Positions 23,826 through 36,639 of a DNA stretch of 64,000 nucleotides are shown one piece after another. Position 1 is the first letter of the stretch. Each line of letters opens with the position of its first letter. Position numbers and translations under genes: made by a program. Where the stretch lies: assembly GCF_001194135.2 (NCBI RefSeq), contig NC_069003.1:19732188-19796187 (forward strand), written 5' to 3'. Below the pieces are notes generated by a model. It did not search any database, had not been told where the DNA came from, and saw only the letters and a program-made list of their open reading frames with translations. The stretch is from Octopus bimaculoides. Taxonomy: Eukaryota.

Positions 23826-24419
23826 GTAAACAATAGCAACATCAATAATATACTAGTATTTACAAGTGAATAGGAAAGAAGGAAGAAGGGGCAGCTGGAG
23901 ATTTTCTTTATCTATGCAAAAATAAATAAAATAAAAAAATAATGATATAAATAAAATAAAGTAAATAAAACAAGCACATACAATGATTCCTATGAAAGCT
24001 CTTGTTATTTTAACAGATTGATTGGATGGTCGAGAAGAAACGAGATATATTTAATAGCAGACCAACAAACAATTATATACAAGAGATTACAAAATCTAAC
24101 AATGAGAAATACATACATAAATGCACGCACACACACATGCATTGATATATAACACATGTGCGTGTGTAAAGGAAATGAGATTTCATTGAAATGAAGGTTT
24201 CTTCATAGAAGACATACAAATGAGGTAGAAAAAGAAAACAAGAAACATAAATTAGGTACTTAGTTATTATATCTTGAACAAGATGAATTTTTTTCAGCTG
24301 TATGTAGTAATTGAAAAATACTTGTAGCTATGAAATACTTGTAGAAAAAGCACCTTCATTCTGTTATCAATATACTATTGTTGTGCATGTGAATATTTAT
24401 CTATCTATCTATCTATCTA

Positions 24420-24501
<82 letters not shown>

Positions 24502-26701
24502 TAGTGTGGCAGGTAACTGAGAACAGACTAAAGCACAAAGAAAATAAAATGCATCAAACAGAGAAATAAGAAAATGAAGTATTCCAAAAAAAAATAGAAC
24601 ACACTTCCAATTGGTTACATCAAAGAAACAGGCTATTGAACAACTATCCTCAACCATAATGACAACCCTGATGCAGCCACAGAAGCAAATGCATGATACA
24701 TGGATCACACCATGTGGCCCTTACCCATGCCACCCATCATACTCATGACAGCAGTCTTCCACTATGACTGATTCTCCAGACAGCAGTCCTGGATTCAAAT
24801 CAAATACAGATGGTTTCATTATGCTAGGAGGCTGGTTCTTCCACAGATTGAAAGACATGAACAGCCTTCTCTAAATCATGTAGGGCTTGTACCTGATGTC
24901 CTTGTGCACCACACATCTAATAATTAAAGTCTACCACCTCCAGCTGCTCAGTGGTCACCCTCATCAACTCTTTGGGGGTTGTCATTTATGAAGTCTTGGA
25001 CTAGCTGGATGAACTCCACCATTCTGACAGCATTTGAGTTCACAAACAGCATATCATATCCTCAACCCTACCCCAGAGTGTATTTCTGTCAGTATTTATA
25101 TCAATCTACCACTCATTTCTGTCTTGTACTTATTTTATCATTCTCTATTGGTCAAATCACTAAGTTACAAGACATAAAGGAACACAGCATAAACAACAAA
25201 AAATTTAAAACCAATGTAAACAAACTCCTAGTAAATGTACAACCTCAAAATAATTGAGACCACATCTCAAAGACAGGCCCTTCTCTTCAGGGTCAGAAAA
25301 ACTACTCCAGCTCCTGACAATTACTAACACCCTACAAAGTTCAAATAAGGCCTACAGTCAACTAATGTTCTCAGATCTGGGATGAAGCTGCTACAGTACA
25401 CAGATATCCTAAACTGCATCCAGTTATTACACAGCGTTGTCTACCAAATTTCAGCCACAAAGCATCAGTTACTCAAAACCAGAACTATAGGCTATAGCTG
25501 AAAAAGACTTGGGATCAATCCCAGAATTCTATGATAGCTAAGAAAACTTTATATCCACAAAGCCATTCTTACACTAGTGATAACAGCAAATAGTATATTA
25601 CTTACAGATATTTTTACTTTATGGCTTCATAAATCAATCAATCACATCAGACATTATTCATCAATATAAAACAGACTATGCTCTCACTTTCTCTCTCTGA
25701 TTTTGAACTTAGTTATTGTAAATGTATATATAGTAACTGAACTGGCAACACATTTCATTACAAACCTAACACCATCACCACTACCATGAAATTTTTCAAT
25801 TTGAAAATTCAAATTCAGGAAACTGAAATGGTTGTCTGCAAGTGAAGTTCAACAATTAAGTTGTGTTGGTAAGTAATCATGCAAATAAAAACAAACTTGA
25901 ATGTAAATTCAATATAAAAAGAGAAAAAAAAAACATTAATTAAATTTTTTTTCTTTATTCAAATTCATCTTTCAGATGGTTTTTACTTCTTGTATTTTTT
26001 TTTTTTTTCCTTCCAATTTGACCTGATCTGATTTAATTTAAGATTCAATTTCAATTTTATTTAAGAGGAAAAAAAAACTCATTCAATCTCTGCTATCATT
26101 AATTCTTATTTATAAATGCATAAAAAAAAGCAGCAGTTTTATACATTTAAAAATAGAAGCCAAAATAACTGGAATGATAATGAAAGACAAAAAAAATAGA
26201 CAAACTTCAACCAAAATTCTCAGTCCAGGATCAACATTAATGTTCCCATATGTAGTTCCAGGTTCATCCCCTTTGCAGTATCAAACTTTCTTCTACTACT
26301 TAGTTGAAACACCCTCAAAGCTTAGAACCAATGATGAAGCCCCTATATAGTTATTTGACATGCTAGAAAGAGTAGTCAAATAACACTACCATCTTTAAAC
26401 AAAAAAGTAAAACATTATTAAATGTAATTTCAGATAATCCTGAACATGATTGGGTTATCATCAGTGAAATATTACATAATCCAAATTAACCTGGGATTAA
26501 ACAGCTAAGTTTAAAAACCAACAACTGAGCCTCTATGTGGTTACTTAAAAACCTGCTGTTGCAAGCATTTGGACTAAATCTCTGACTTCCTTCTCCCTTT
26601 ATTCACCAATCTTTAAGGCTTCTCTAATCCTGCTAGAAAGATCATGTATGCTTCTAATTCCTCATCTGACTAATTGTTAACCAAGTGATTTGACAAAAAG
26701 C

Positions 26702-26950
26702 TTAACAAATAGAGACAGCAAGACAGATTGAGAGATACACAGACTTATGGACAGACATAAAGGCCTCTATTAGATAAAAAATATTTCCACTAGATCAGCA
26801 CAAATTCAGAGGACGAATATATTACAACAGTCTACATCATACATATTACTCAAATAACATACATCAAGACACACACACTTGTATGTACACACACATACTC
26901 ATAACACACATTCTCTCACACAGGGTCTACCACTCAAATTCCCATTTTAA
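26702..26950 (+). repeat. copy 2 of a ~250-bp local direct duplication
   Basis: See 21402-21645; offset 5300 bp. Confidence 0.85.
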
Positions 26951-27999
26951 AAAAACACACACACACACACTAACACATGCATGTGTGTTGAAACTGAAGC
27001 ATTTAAGATGAACGATTTTTAACCATCTAAACCAAGGGTTGGTGGACTTATATCACTGAGCCCTTTGTTGAATCATTGATAACTTATAAAATAAAATTAA
27101 AATGTATAATTAATAAAAAAAAATTTCTTGATTTAAAAGTAGTAACTCTTTCATTCTTTTGTGTCATTACTGCTTTATAACAGGAACTATTTACAGAAGA
27201 GAAATTTATTTCTTACTGCTACATGCACAGAGCCTGAAATATTGGGAGATGGGGGGGGGGATAGTTGATTTACATTGACCCCACTCCTCTACTGGTACTT
27301 ATCTTATTAAACCTGAAAGGATGAAAGGCAAAGTTGACCTTCACAACATTTGAACTCAGAACATAAAACTGGAAGAAATACAGCAAAGTATTTTTGTTCA
27401 GCTGGAAAATATCTCATGAACTTGATAAAAAACAATGAAAATTCAGTGCTGTTATATTGACATAGTTGGTGAACACTAGTTATTGTTGCATTGATATTTG
27501 GCTGGAAATTAGTGAGTTTTAGCCTTAAATTACCCATGCCCATCCAAATACAGTTTGTGAATAATTCAGCACCCTTAAAACTCAAAATTGTTTCTGATGT
27601 TTATTGACCCCCTTGGATAACCATATAAAGCCCAATACCAATGGCTTTGCTGATCCTTGATCTAAACACACACAAAACCTGTTGAAATACATTTTTATTT
27701 ATTTCTTGAGATGTTGAAATTTTCATTACACACCTGTAACCCGGTCAGGCACAGTTCCATTATAATTCAGTTTCATTTTAATTTTCTTTCTATCATCATC
27801 TTTGTCATTATTTAACATCCACTTTGCCAATCTTGCATGGGCCAGACGGAGTTTGTTGAGGCAGATTTTCAACAGCTGTATGCCCTTCTTGTTACCAAAC
27901 TTCACCTGTTTCCAAGCAAGGCAATATTTCCCATGGCCAGACATGCTTTTCATGGAAGACTGGAAATGAACAACATTATTTGTATGACGGTGATGCTTT

Positions 28000-28335
28000 A
28001 TCATTCTAACTTGTTTCAGTCATTAGACAGCAGCCATGATGTGGCACTGCCTTCAATTTTTAATTGAATGAAATGACCTCAGTACTTATTCTTTTTATTT
28101 TTTAAGCCTGGTACTTATTCTATCGGTCTCTTTGCTGAACTGCTAGGTTATGGGGGATAAACACAGACGCAAAGACACACACATACAACAAGCTTCTTTC
28201 AGTTTCTTTCAACCAAATCCATTCACAAAGCCTTGGTCAGCCTGAGGCTAAAGGAGAAGACATATGTCGAAAATGCCATGCAGTGGGACTGAACCCAGAA
28301 TCATGTGGTTGGAAAACAAGCTCCTTACCACATAG
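28000..28335 (-). mobile_element. tRNA-derived SINE (family A)
   Basis: Shared family blocks (TCTATCGGTCTCTTTGCTGAAC; CAGTGGGACTGAACCCAGAA). Confidence 0.75.
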
Positions 28336-28766
28336 CCGCATGATATCAAGACAAGGGTTCACACAAACACACACGATGGGCCTCATTCAGTTTCCATCTA
28401 CCAGATCCACTCACAAGGTTTTAGTCAAATTGAGGTTATTTGTAAAAGTCACTTGCACAAGGTACTAAACAGTGAGATTGAACTGAAGACCACATGCTTG
28501 GGAAGCAAACTTCTCAATCACACACTCATACCTATAGCAGCACAAATCTGATGTTATATTGGAATTTATGGCAGTGAATTGTTAAAAAATAGTGGATCTG
28601 TTCCTTGACATTCTGACACTGACTTCATACTTCATTAAAATTCATCTCACTGGAAATTAAGTAAATAAGTACAAATAATTACATTTGTAGGTGATTGAGA
28701 GAGTTGATAATGCCCGAGGAAGACAAAACTTTGGAACCAGAAAACTGAAAGGAAGAAACAGTCAGA

Positions 28767-29491
28767 GAAGAACAGAGAGAGATGTTCAATTGCCTTACTA
28801 TTTGGCTGCAGCCCCAATAACATTCTAAGTTGTGCGGAGGTCTATGATTGCTGATACCTGTAGGTACAGTACATGAAGTAGAATAATATGTTTGCATTTT
28901 AGTAGGGAAAAAATTTGTACTTTCATCCTGTCCTTTGATCATACTTTCTTATCCCTCAATATTATACACCACTAAGCTGAGGGTTTTTGTCTTGTGGGTA
29001 CTTAGTGACCTCACCAGTGCTGTGAAGTCATTGATGATAAGAGCATCCAGCTGGAGAAACCATGTCAAGGCAGACAATATAGCTCAGCACAGCCCTTTGG
29101 TTCATTTGTTCATGCTAGCAGGAAAAAAAAAGGGATGTTAAATGATGATGATGATCCTATATATAAAAATGATTCTTGTTTAGTTTCAAGTCAGCTAAAT
29201 CAAAAGTGTTTCCGCCATGACTAAGCCATCTTTTTTTTTTATATCATTAGGATTATCCAATATGGTGTCATACACATATGGCATAGTGGTGCTGCTGCTG
29301 CAAATACACACCCTAAATGGGTTCCAGAGAAAATCCACTCAACTGATTGGTATAAAAATCTCTCACAGCCACCCTCCAGCTGTTGGCAGGTATCAGCAAT
29401 CATGGACCTCCACACCACTTAGAATGTTATTGGGACTGTGTTTCTGCAGCCAAATAGTAAGGCAATTGAGCATCTTCTCTCTCTGTTCTTC
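28767..29491. repeat. inverted pair of decayed LINE-like (CR1-type) fragments
   Basis: 28767-28860 is the reverse complement of 29387-29491 (about 90% identity, one 9-nt indel); 29260-29380 has YGIVVLLLQ / GGAAAA..QRKSTQLIG-like remnants. Confidence 0.6.
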
Positions 29492-30479
29492 ACACTATTG
29501 ACCTCTAGGTGTGGTGTCTTTTCTACCACTACTTCATTACTATAATTAACAACCTATGTTCCTTAGGACTGCTTGATTGGTTTCATTTCACCTCCACCCG
29601 AGTACTCCCAATTCGCTCATCTCTTCTCCTCCCCTCACCCATATTGTTGAAATGTGTCACAGTAACCATTGCACCTAGTCCTTTCTTCCTACAATGTTAT
29701 CAGCAACTCTTCAAGTAAGACATTAACAACATCAATCACACCAGCCTCAGACAGTTTGTTTAGTTTACAAGCACTGCCCCTTCCTCCAGACACAGTAAGA
29801 TATTTCAAAATATCCACCACTGCATAGGATGACCAAGTTGAAAGAAGTCAATGATTCAAACTGATTATTTTGTGGGTACAGATGTAGCTATGAGGTTGAG
29901 AAGTTTACTTGGCAACCACCAGGTGTGAAGTTCATCTCACTGCAGAGAACATTCATCTTTTACTTATTTCAGTCACTGAACTGCAATTAAGATGGGATAC
30001 CAACTTGAAGGGTTTGGTCAAACAGATCAACTCTAGGATTTAGTTTTTTAAAGTTTGGTATTCATTCAATCAGTCTCTTTTGTTGAACTGCTAAGTTACA
30101 GGGACATAACAAACTAACATCAGCTGTCAGGTGAGGGTGGAGCAACTACAAAGACACGGGTTTCTTTCAGTTTACGTGTATCATATCTGCTCACAAAGCA
30201 GTAGTAGAAGACACTTGCCCAAGGTGCCATGTAGTGGGACTGAACCCAGAATGATGTGGTGGGGAAGCAAAATTCTAACCGCACAACCATGCCTGGGAGT
30301 TTTCAGGTTTTTTAAAACATAGTTATGAGAGTGTTATTTGAAAGAATGAACTGTACATATGTAGTGTGTGTGGGGGGGGGGGGCGGTTCATGTAAGTGTA
30401 GATATTTTTCTGAAAACATCAGTGAGAAAAGAGAAAAGCCAGTGTTATCAAATAAAAATACCCTTTGCAATGTCTATAC

Positions 30480-31046
30480 ACAACCACGGTGTTATAGATG
30501 CACTAGAGAATTCGCCCGTTGGAAACTAGTAACCAATGACGTTACGGATAACATTAAAAAAATTAACGCTACAAAATACCTTCTATTATAAGCACAAGGC
30601 CTGAAATTTTAGGGGAGTGGCTAATACATCGACTACAATGCTTATATTATCGACATCGAAGGAATGAAAGGCAACGTCGAGCCAGAATAATTTGAACTCT
30701 GAACATAAAACTGTAAGAAATGCTGCAAAGTATTTCGTCCGGTGTGGTAAAAATAAAAAAAAATTATCAACACCTTATATATATATATATATATATATTA
30801 TATCTATGACAGAAACATAATATTAATTAGATATAAACTTATTTATCAGGGGCAGAAAGTGCAGGACGATGTATATACGTCTGTACATACAACCAGACAA
30901 ATTATTTTAAATAGATGAATAGTGGGGAAAATGCAGTTACTTCCCCTGACCATATTTATCTTATTTGCAAAGTATCAAAAAATCCTTCCAAGAAAATTTT
31001 GAATTACAGTTTACGACGTCGACGACGATGATCATCACCATCATCA

Positions 31047-31087
<41 letters not shown>

Positions 31088-31510
31088 TGCACTCTCAGTA
31101 CACCTGTAAATAGTTATTAACATCCAAGTAAATCACTAAGTTATTTGGTAATGGAGTTAATAGAAGAGTAATTTCCCTTGTACTGACGGTCTATGCTAAA
31201 GGCACAAGGCCAGCAATCGGCGAACCGGTAGAATCGTTTGTCGGTCTAAGTTATGAATTCAAATACTGCCCAGGTCGACTTTATCTTCCATCGTTTAGGG
31301 GTGAATAAAATAAAGAACCCGCTAGGTGCAGGGATCGATGCAATCGACTAATCCTTCCCCTTGAAATTGCTGGCCCTGTGCCAAAATTTGAAACTACTAT
31401 TCACATTAGAAATATTTATTGCACACCTTCGTCGTCTGAATGACATGTTTGCGGTGTGATGGGTATTTTTAAAGTAGGAAAGGGAATCGATCGAAATCGA
31501 AACAATTTTT
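30480..31510. promoter_or_regulatory. CpG-retaining island, candidate promoter/enhancer
   Basis: About 35-40 CpG in ~1 kb by hand count vs about 5-6 per kb in flanks; CCAATGACGT (CCAAT plus CRE half-site) near 30533. Confidence 0.4.
31215..31395 (+). mobile_element. SINE (family B) with retained CpGs
   Basis: GTCGACTTTATCTTCCATCGTTT..GAATAAAATAA..GATCGATGCAATCGACT..AAATTGCTGGCCCTGTGCCAAAATTTGAAAC, homologous to 57728-57945 and 60585-60790. Confidence 0.7.
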
Positions 31511-32979
31511 CATAGTACAGTGTTGATATTTCATAGATTTTCAACCCTGGAAAGATAAGAGGCAATATGATACTGAAAGAAACTAGAAACTACACTGGCT
31601 GTGCCTAACAATTTTGTTAGCTCAATATTTCCTTTCACTGAATCTTGTCTTATAAAAGGTCCCTCCCTCATCATATTTAGGAGAGACAGAGAATAAATAA
31701 AATAAAGAACCAAACAGGTTAATTTCTAATAGTTTATAATTCATATTTTCTTATATTATCCCATCCAGCATGTGCCTCCTTTTAGATATTTATTTGGACT
31801 GGGGCCCCTGTATTGAATGTTTTTGGAAAAAATTAATGGCGGCAAAGATTTACATAATTATATTGGACCTTGGTACATTGTCAGTCATGCTTTTACGTAC
31901 TGTGAACACATTACCCTATTCAATTTCTAAACTTCCAAGAAAAATCATGACTCCTCTAAAACTTCCGACACCCTTCTTAGCACTTTCTTGTCATCTGCTG
32001 CTCTCTTTTCAGTTCATAGTGCCAACAAAGGCATGGCACCACCCAGCTTATTTACAACTACTTTAGACCTGATTAAATAATGCAAGGCACATTTTTTTTT
32101 AACTTAGTACTAACATTTTTGCCAAACTTATAACCTTAATACGGATATATAACCTTGTTTTCCTATCCACAGTGTTTACATTTGGCTATTATACTCAGTG
32201 CTGCCTAAAAATCTATAAATATATCCTGTGATACAATGCAGTATTGAAACAATATACTTAACTCACCAGAAATTTATTGAATCATCATCATTATCAACAT
32301 TTAACATCCGTTTTCCATTCTGGTATGGGCTGGAAGACTTGACAGGAACTGGTAAGACTAGGGGCTGCACCAGGTTCCATAGTTTGTTTTGACATGATTT
32401 CTAAGACTGGATGCCATTCCTAATGCCAACCGCTTTACAGAGTGTAGTGGGTGCTTTTTATGAGGCACCATCAGCAGTGCTTTTTATGTGGCACCAATAC
32501 CAATGCTTTTTACATGGCACTTTGGTTTTAGGATTTAAATTCTGTTGTGGTGGACAAGCCTTCTCAAGTACAACAATGTGCTTCTTTTTTGGAATGGTGA
32601 ATGTTGAAGCCAGCAAATAAATATTGAGATAAAAAGTCCTTTGGATAAGGTTTTTTAGCTCAATGTTTACATGCTATTATTGAGAGCTTCATCTGCTTTG
32701 AGATTCACATTTACCCAGCAAAAATTATTTCATATTTCATAGCTTACAAATTCTTATTGAATAATATAGACCTAGATACACTGAGTGAAAATCAAATGGC
32801 ATGGTATTGTCATGGCTGGAACAATATGATCATGGGTCTGTTTGATCAAACCTGGACCCAGAGCTAAAGTACAAATGTTTTATAACAAATGCTGAAAATA
32901 TGGAACAAACAAACAGTTTAGAGTGCATCACTGGTACTCTTAGAATATATACACTAAAGACATTCAGGATGTATCAGTA

Positions 32980-33036
<57 letters not shown>

Positions 33037-33237
33037 CTATCTATCTATCTGAGTTCAGGACATTTTCTCGCCCATGGACAATAACAACACCAAGGGACTT
33101 AAGGACAACAGATGATGGTTTAAAACTTCTTAATATATTAGAGAGGGGGTAATTAACCAAGTGGGGTAATTGTCCAAGGTTGTAGTTGTCGTCGGGGGAA
33201 ATTGTCCTATGGGGAGTAATTGTCCTGATACGATTTA

Positions 33238-34131
33238 TACATGCGGACTGATCAATAAGTATCCGGACTGTTGCCATAGTAACAAAGCTAAAGCAGCAGA
33301 GTGAAGTTGCTTGGCACAGATTGACCTTGAACTCTGCTGTGTATGCGCACTAAGTTTTAACATTCTAGCTCACTTCCGCTGTTTACAGCAGTGCTTAGAA
33401 GGAAGGTGTGGAGCGTGTGATCATCACATTGAGTATGACAGAGAAAGTTGAGCAGAGAATCTGCATCAAATTTTGCCAAAAGCTTGATGATACCTGCTCA
33501 AAGACCTATGCAAAGTTTACAAAATGTTTTAATCGTTCTTAACACAATCAAGGTGATCTCAACTAAAACCTGAATGTCTCTTTGGTCACCTAAAAACAGT
33601 TTTCGCAGAAACTTAGCAAACACGCATCTCACACCCAAATCTTCAGTGATAATGGACTGAACTGAATGGTAACTAATCTACACATCCTCTGATAACTCAC
33701 AGATGGTGATTCAATGATTTCCTCTCACAGCTGCATGCACATCTGCAATGTTTTTCTCAGTTCTGCTGGCTGCAGGTCTTCCTGAACATTCATCAATATC
33801 AACATTTTTTTGGCAATCTTAGAAATGTATGAACCACTCGGACACTTGTATGCAGCTCATACACTCCTCCCCATACATTTTCTGCAACTTTGCGTAGGCC
33901 TCTGAGCAGGTATCACCATGACAACCATCTCTGTCATGGTCAATGTGACAATCACATGCTACACACCTTCCTTCCAAGCACTGCTATAAACAATGGAAGT
34001 GAGCTAGAACGTTAAAACTTAGTGTGCATGCACAACAGAGTTCAATGTCAATCTTTGCCAAGCAACTTCACTCTGCTGCTTTAGCTTTGTTACTATGGCA
34101 ACAATCCGGATATTTATTGATCAGACCTTGT
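33238..34131. mobile_element. mariner derivative with two 5' ends in inverted orientation
   Basis: Left arm 33241-33518 (TIR, 5'UTR, ATG 33435 MTEKVEQRICIKFCQKL) mirrors right arm 33880-34131 at about 90%; the minus strand continues through the transposase N-terminus to about 33520. Confidence 0.85.
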
Positions 34132-34149
34132 GTGTGTGTGTGTGTGTAT

Positions 34150-35475
34150 AACAACTTCTATCTCATTCCAGGGTGAAAAACTAGAGGTAGTCGATAGCTT
34201 CCGCTATCTGGGCGACCAAGTTAGTAGTGGGGGTGGGTGCGCTGAAAGTGTAGCTGCTAGAATAAGAATAGCCTGGGCAAAGTTTAGAGAGCTCTTACCC
34301 CTGCTGGCGACAAAGGGACTCTCACTCAGAGTAAAAGGCAGACTGTATGACGCATGCATACGAACAGCCATGCTACATGGCAGTGAAACATGGGCNNNNN
34401 NNNNNNNNNNNNNNNNNNNNNNNNNNNNNNNNNNNNNNNNNNNNNNNNNNNNNNNNNNNNNNNNNNNNNNNNNNNNNNNNNNNNNNNNNNNNNNNNNNNN
34501 NNNNNNNNNNNNNNNNNNNNNNNNNNNNNNNNNNNNNNNNNNNNNNNNNNNNNNNNNNNNNNNNNNNNNNNNNNNNNNNNNNNNNNNNNNNNNNNNNNNN
34601 NNNNNNNNNNNNNNNNNNNNNNNNNNNNNNNNNNNNNNNNNNNNNNNNNNNNNNNNNNNNNNNNNNNNNNNNNNNNNNNNNNNNNNNNNNNNNNNNNNNN
34701 NNNNNNNNNNNNNNNNNNNNNNNNNNNNNNNNNNNNNNNNNNNNNNNNNNNNNNNNNNNNNNNNNNNNNNNNNNNNNNNNNNNNNNNNNNNNNNNNNNNN
34801 NNNNNNNNNNNNNNNNNNNNNNNNNNNNNNNNNNNNNNNNNNNNNNNNNNNNNNNNNNNNNNNNNNNNNNNNNNNNNNNNNNNNNNNNNNNNNNNNNNNN
34901 NNNNNNNNNNNNNNNNNNNNNNNNNNNNNNNNNNNNNNNNNNNNNNNNNNNNNNNNNNNNNNNNNNNNNNNNNNNNNNNNNNNNNNNNNNNNNNNNNNNN
35001 NNNNNNNNNNNNNNNNNNNNNNNNNNNNNNNNNNNNNNNNNNNNNNNNNNNNNNNNNNNNNNNNNNNNNNNNNNNNNNNNNNNNNNNNNNNNNNNNNNNN
35101 NNNNNNNNNNNNNNNNNNNNNNNNNNNNNNNNNNNNNNNNNNNNNNNNNNNNNNNNNNNNNNNNNNNNNNNNNNNNNNNNNNNNNNNNNNNNNNNNNNNN
35201 NNNNNNNNNNNNNNNNNNNNNNNNNNNNNNNNNNNNNNNNNNNNNNNNNNNNNNNNNNNNNNNNNNNNNNNNNNNNNNNNNNNNNNNNNNNNNNNNNNNN
35301 NNNNNNNNNNNNNNNNNNNNNNNNNNNNNNNNNNNNNNNNNNNNNNGCTGTAGAAACTCTGCCAAATTAGATTGGAGCCTGGTGTTGCCATCCGGTTTCA
35401 CCAGTCCTCAGTCAAATCGTCCAACCCATGCTAGCATGGAAAGCGGACGTTGAAAGATGATGATGATGATGATGA
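34150..35475 (+). mobile_element. 5'-truncated RTE-clade LINE
   Basis: GEKLEVVDSFRYLGDQVSSGGGCAESVAARIRIAWAKFRELLPLL...RVKGRLYDACIRTAMLHGSETW (post-RT region), gap 34396-35346, then 3' UTR ...AGCATGGAAAGCGGACGTT and a (GAT)n tail. Confidence 0.85.
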
Positions 35476-35508
35476 TATATATATATATATATATATATAT
35501 ACATTCTG

Positions 35509-35898
35509 ACTCTTTTTTACTCTTTTACTTGTTTCAGTCATTTGACTGCGGTCATGCTGGACCACCGCCTTTAGTCAAGCAAATCGACCCCAGGACATTC
35601 TTTGTAAGCCTAGTACTTATTCTATAGGTCTCTTTTTGCCGAACCGCTATGTTACAGGGATGTAAACACATCAGCATCGGTTGTCAAGCGATGGTGGAGG
35701 GGGACAAACACAGATACACAAACACACTTACATATATATATATACATATACATATATACGACGGACTTCTTTCAGTTTCCGTCTACCAAAACCACTCACA
35801 AGGCTTTGGCCCGAAAGTAGAAGACACTTTCCCAAGGTGCCACGCAGTGGGACTGAACCCGGAACCATGTGGTTGGTAAGCAACACAGCCACTCCTGC
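35509..35898 (-). mobile_element. tRNA-derived SINE (family A), best-preserved copy
   Basis: Minus-strand head TGGCTGTGTTGC...GGTTCCGGGTTCAGTCCCACTGCGTGGCACCTTGGG; body and 3' end ACTGAAACAAGTAAAAGAG; CpGs retained. Confidence 0.85.
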
Positions 35899-36349
35899 GT
35901 CTATATNNNNNNNNNNNNNNNNNNNNNNNNNNNNNNNNNNNNNNNNNNNNNNNNNNNNNNNNNNNNNNNNNNNNNNNNNNNNNNNNNNNNNNNNNNNNNN
36001 NNNNNNNNNNNNNNNNNNNNNNNNNNNNNNNNATTTATTCACCACTCTATGTTAACATTTCTGTGCCAAACTTATCCAGTGACTGGTCCATTGGATTTAG
36101 ACGTTTGGCACTTCTTCAGGAGTAGTTGAATAAAGTTGACACACTCAGTTGTATATATCAGTTGAATAAAGTTAAAACATGGTCTGGTTTCCATGTTTTT
36201 TTCATTACAGTATTAAAAAAATATATTTTGTAATGGTCATAAAGTTAAATTAGCACTTTCATACATAGAATATAGATAGATAGATAGACAGACAGACAGA
36301 TATATAAGCCCCTTCAGTCATGAATGACCATGAGATTGCACCTAGAAAA

Positions 36350-36639
36350 CAGGGCTGTGGAGTTGAAATAAAAAACTTTGACTCCAACTCCTCTACTATT
36401 GGCACCTCTGACTCCAACTCCTCTACTATTGGCACCTCTGACTCCAACTCCTCTTTATGTAATTAAGTGATTGTGGTCTACATATCTCATAAAGCATATG
36501 CATACGCTTGTACTTTGAGTAGGCCTATATGTTATAACTGGTTTATATTAAAGAATAAAGATGTCGGAGTTGATATAGTCTTACCGACTACGACTCCAGC
36601 TATCCCTTAATTGTTTCTGACTCCAACTCTAAAGCCCTG
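36350..36639. mobile_element. hAT-type MITE with internal 30-bp minisatellite
   Basis: TIR CAGGGCTGTGGAGTTG / CAACTCTAAAGCCCTG; 8-bp TSD CTAGAAAA / CTAGAAAG; unit TGACTCCAACTCCTCTACTATTGGCACCTC x2.5 at 36379-36454. Confidence 0.7.

Noticed and set aside
24700-25100. Short RTE-like (EQLEVVD) and Tc1-like (VVHKDIRYK) peptides on the minus strand
   Set aside because: Too short and decayed to delimit elements reliably.
26200-26345. Non-repetitive stretch with a possible acceptor on the minus strand
   Set aside because: Stops in all three frames and no clear donor.
31770-32066. 98-aa ORF as a host exon
   Set aside because: No PDZ/L27 similarity or splice support; at most weakly like a decayed LINE post-RT region.
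13815-36129. Long ORFs made mostly of X
   Set aside because: Open only because they span N-gaps; just the RTE fragment at 34150-34395 has real coding content.
36379-36454. Direct repeats as a CRISPR-like array (also 61035-61088)
   Set aside because: Head-to-tail units with no unique spacers, in a eukaryotic context.
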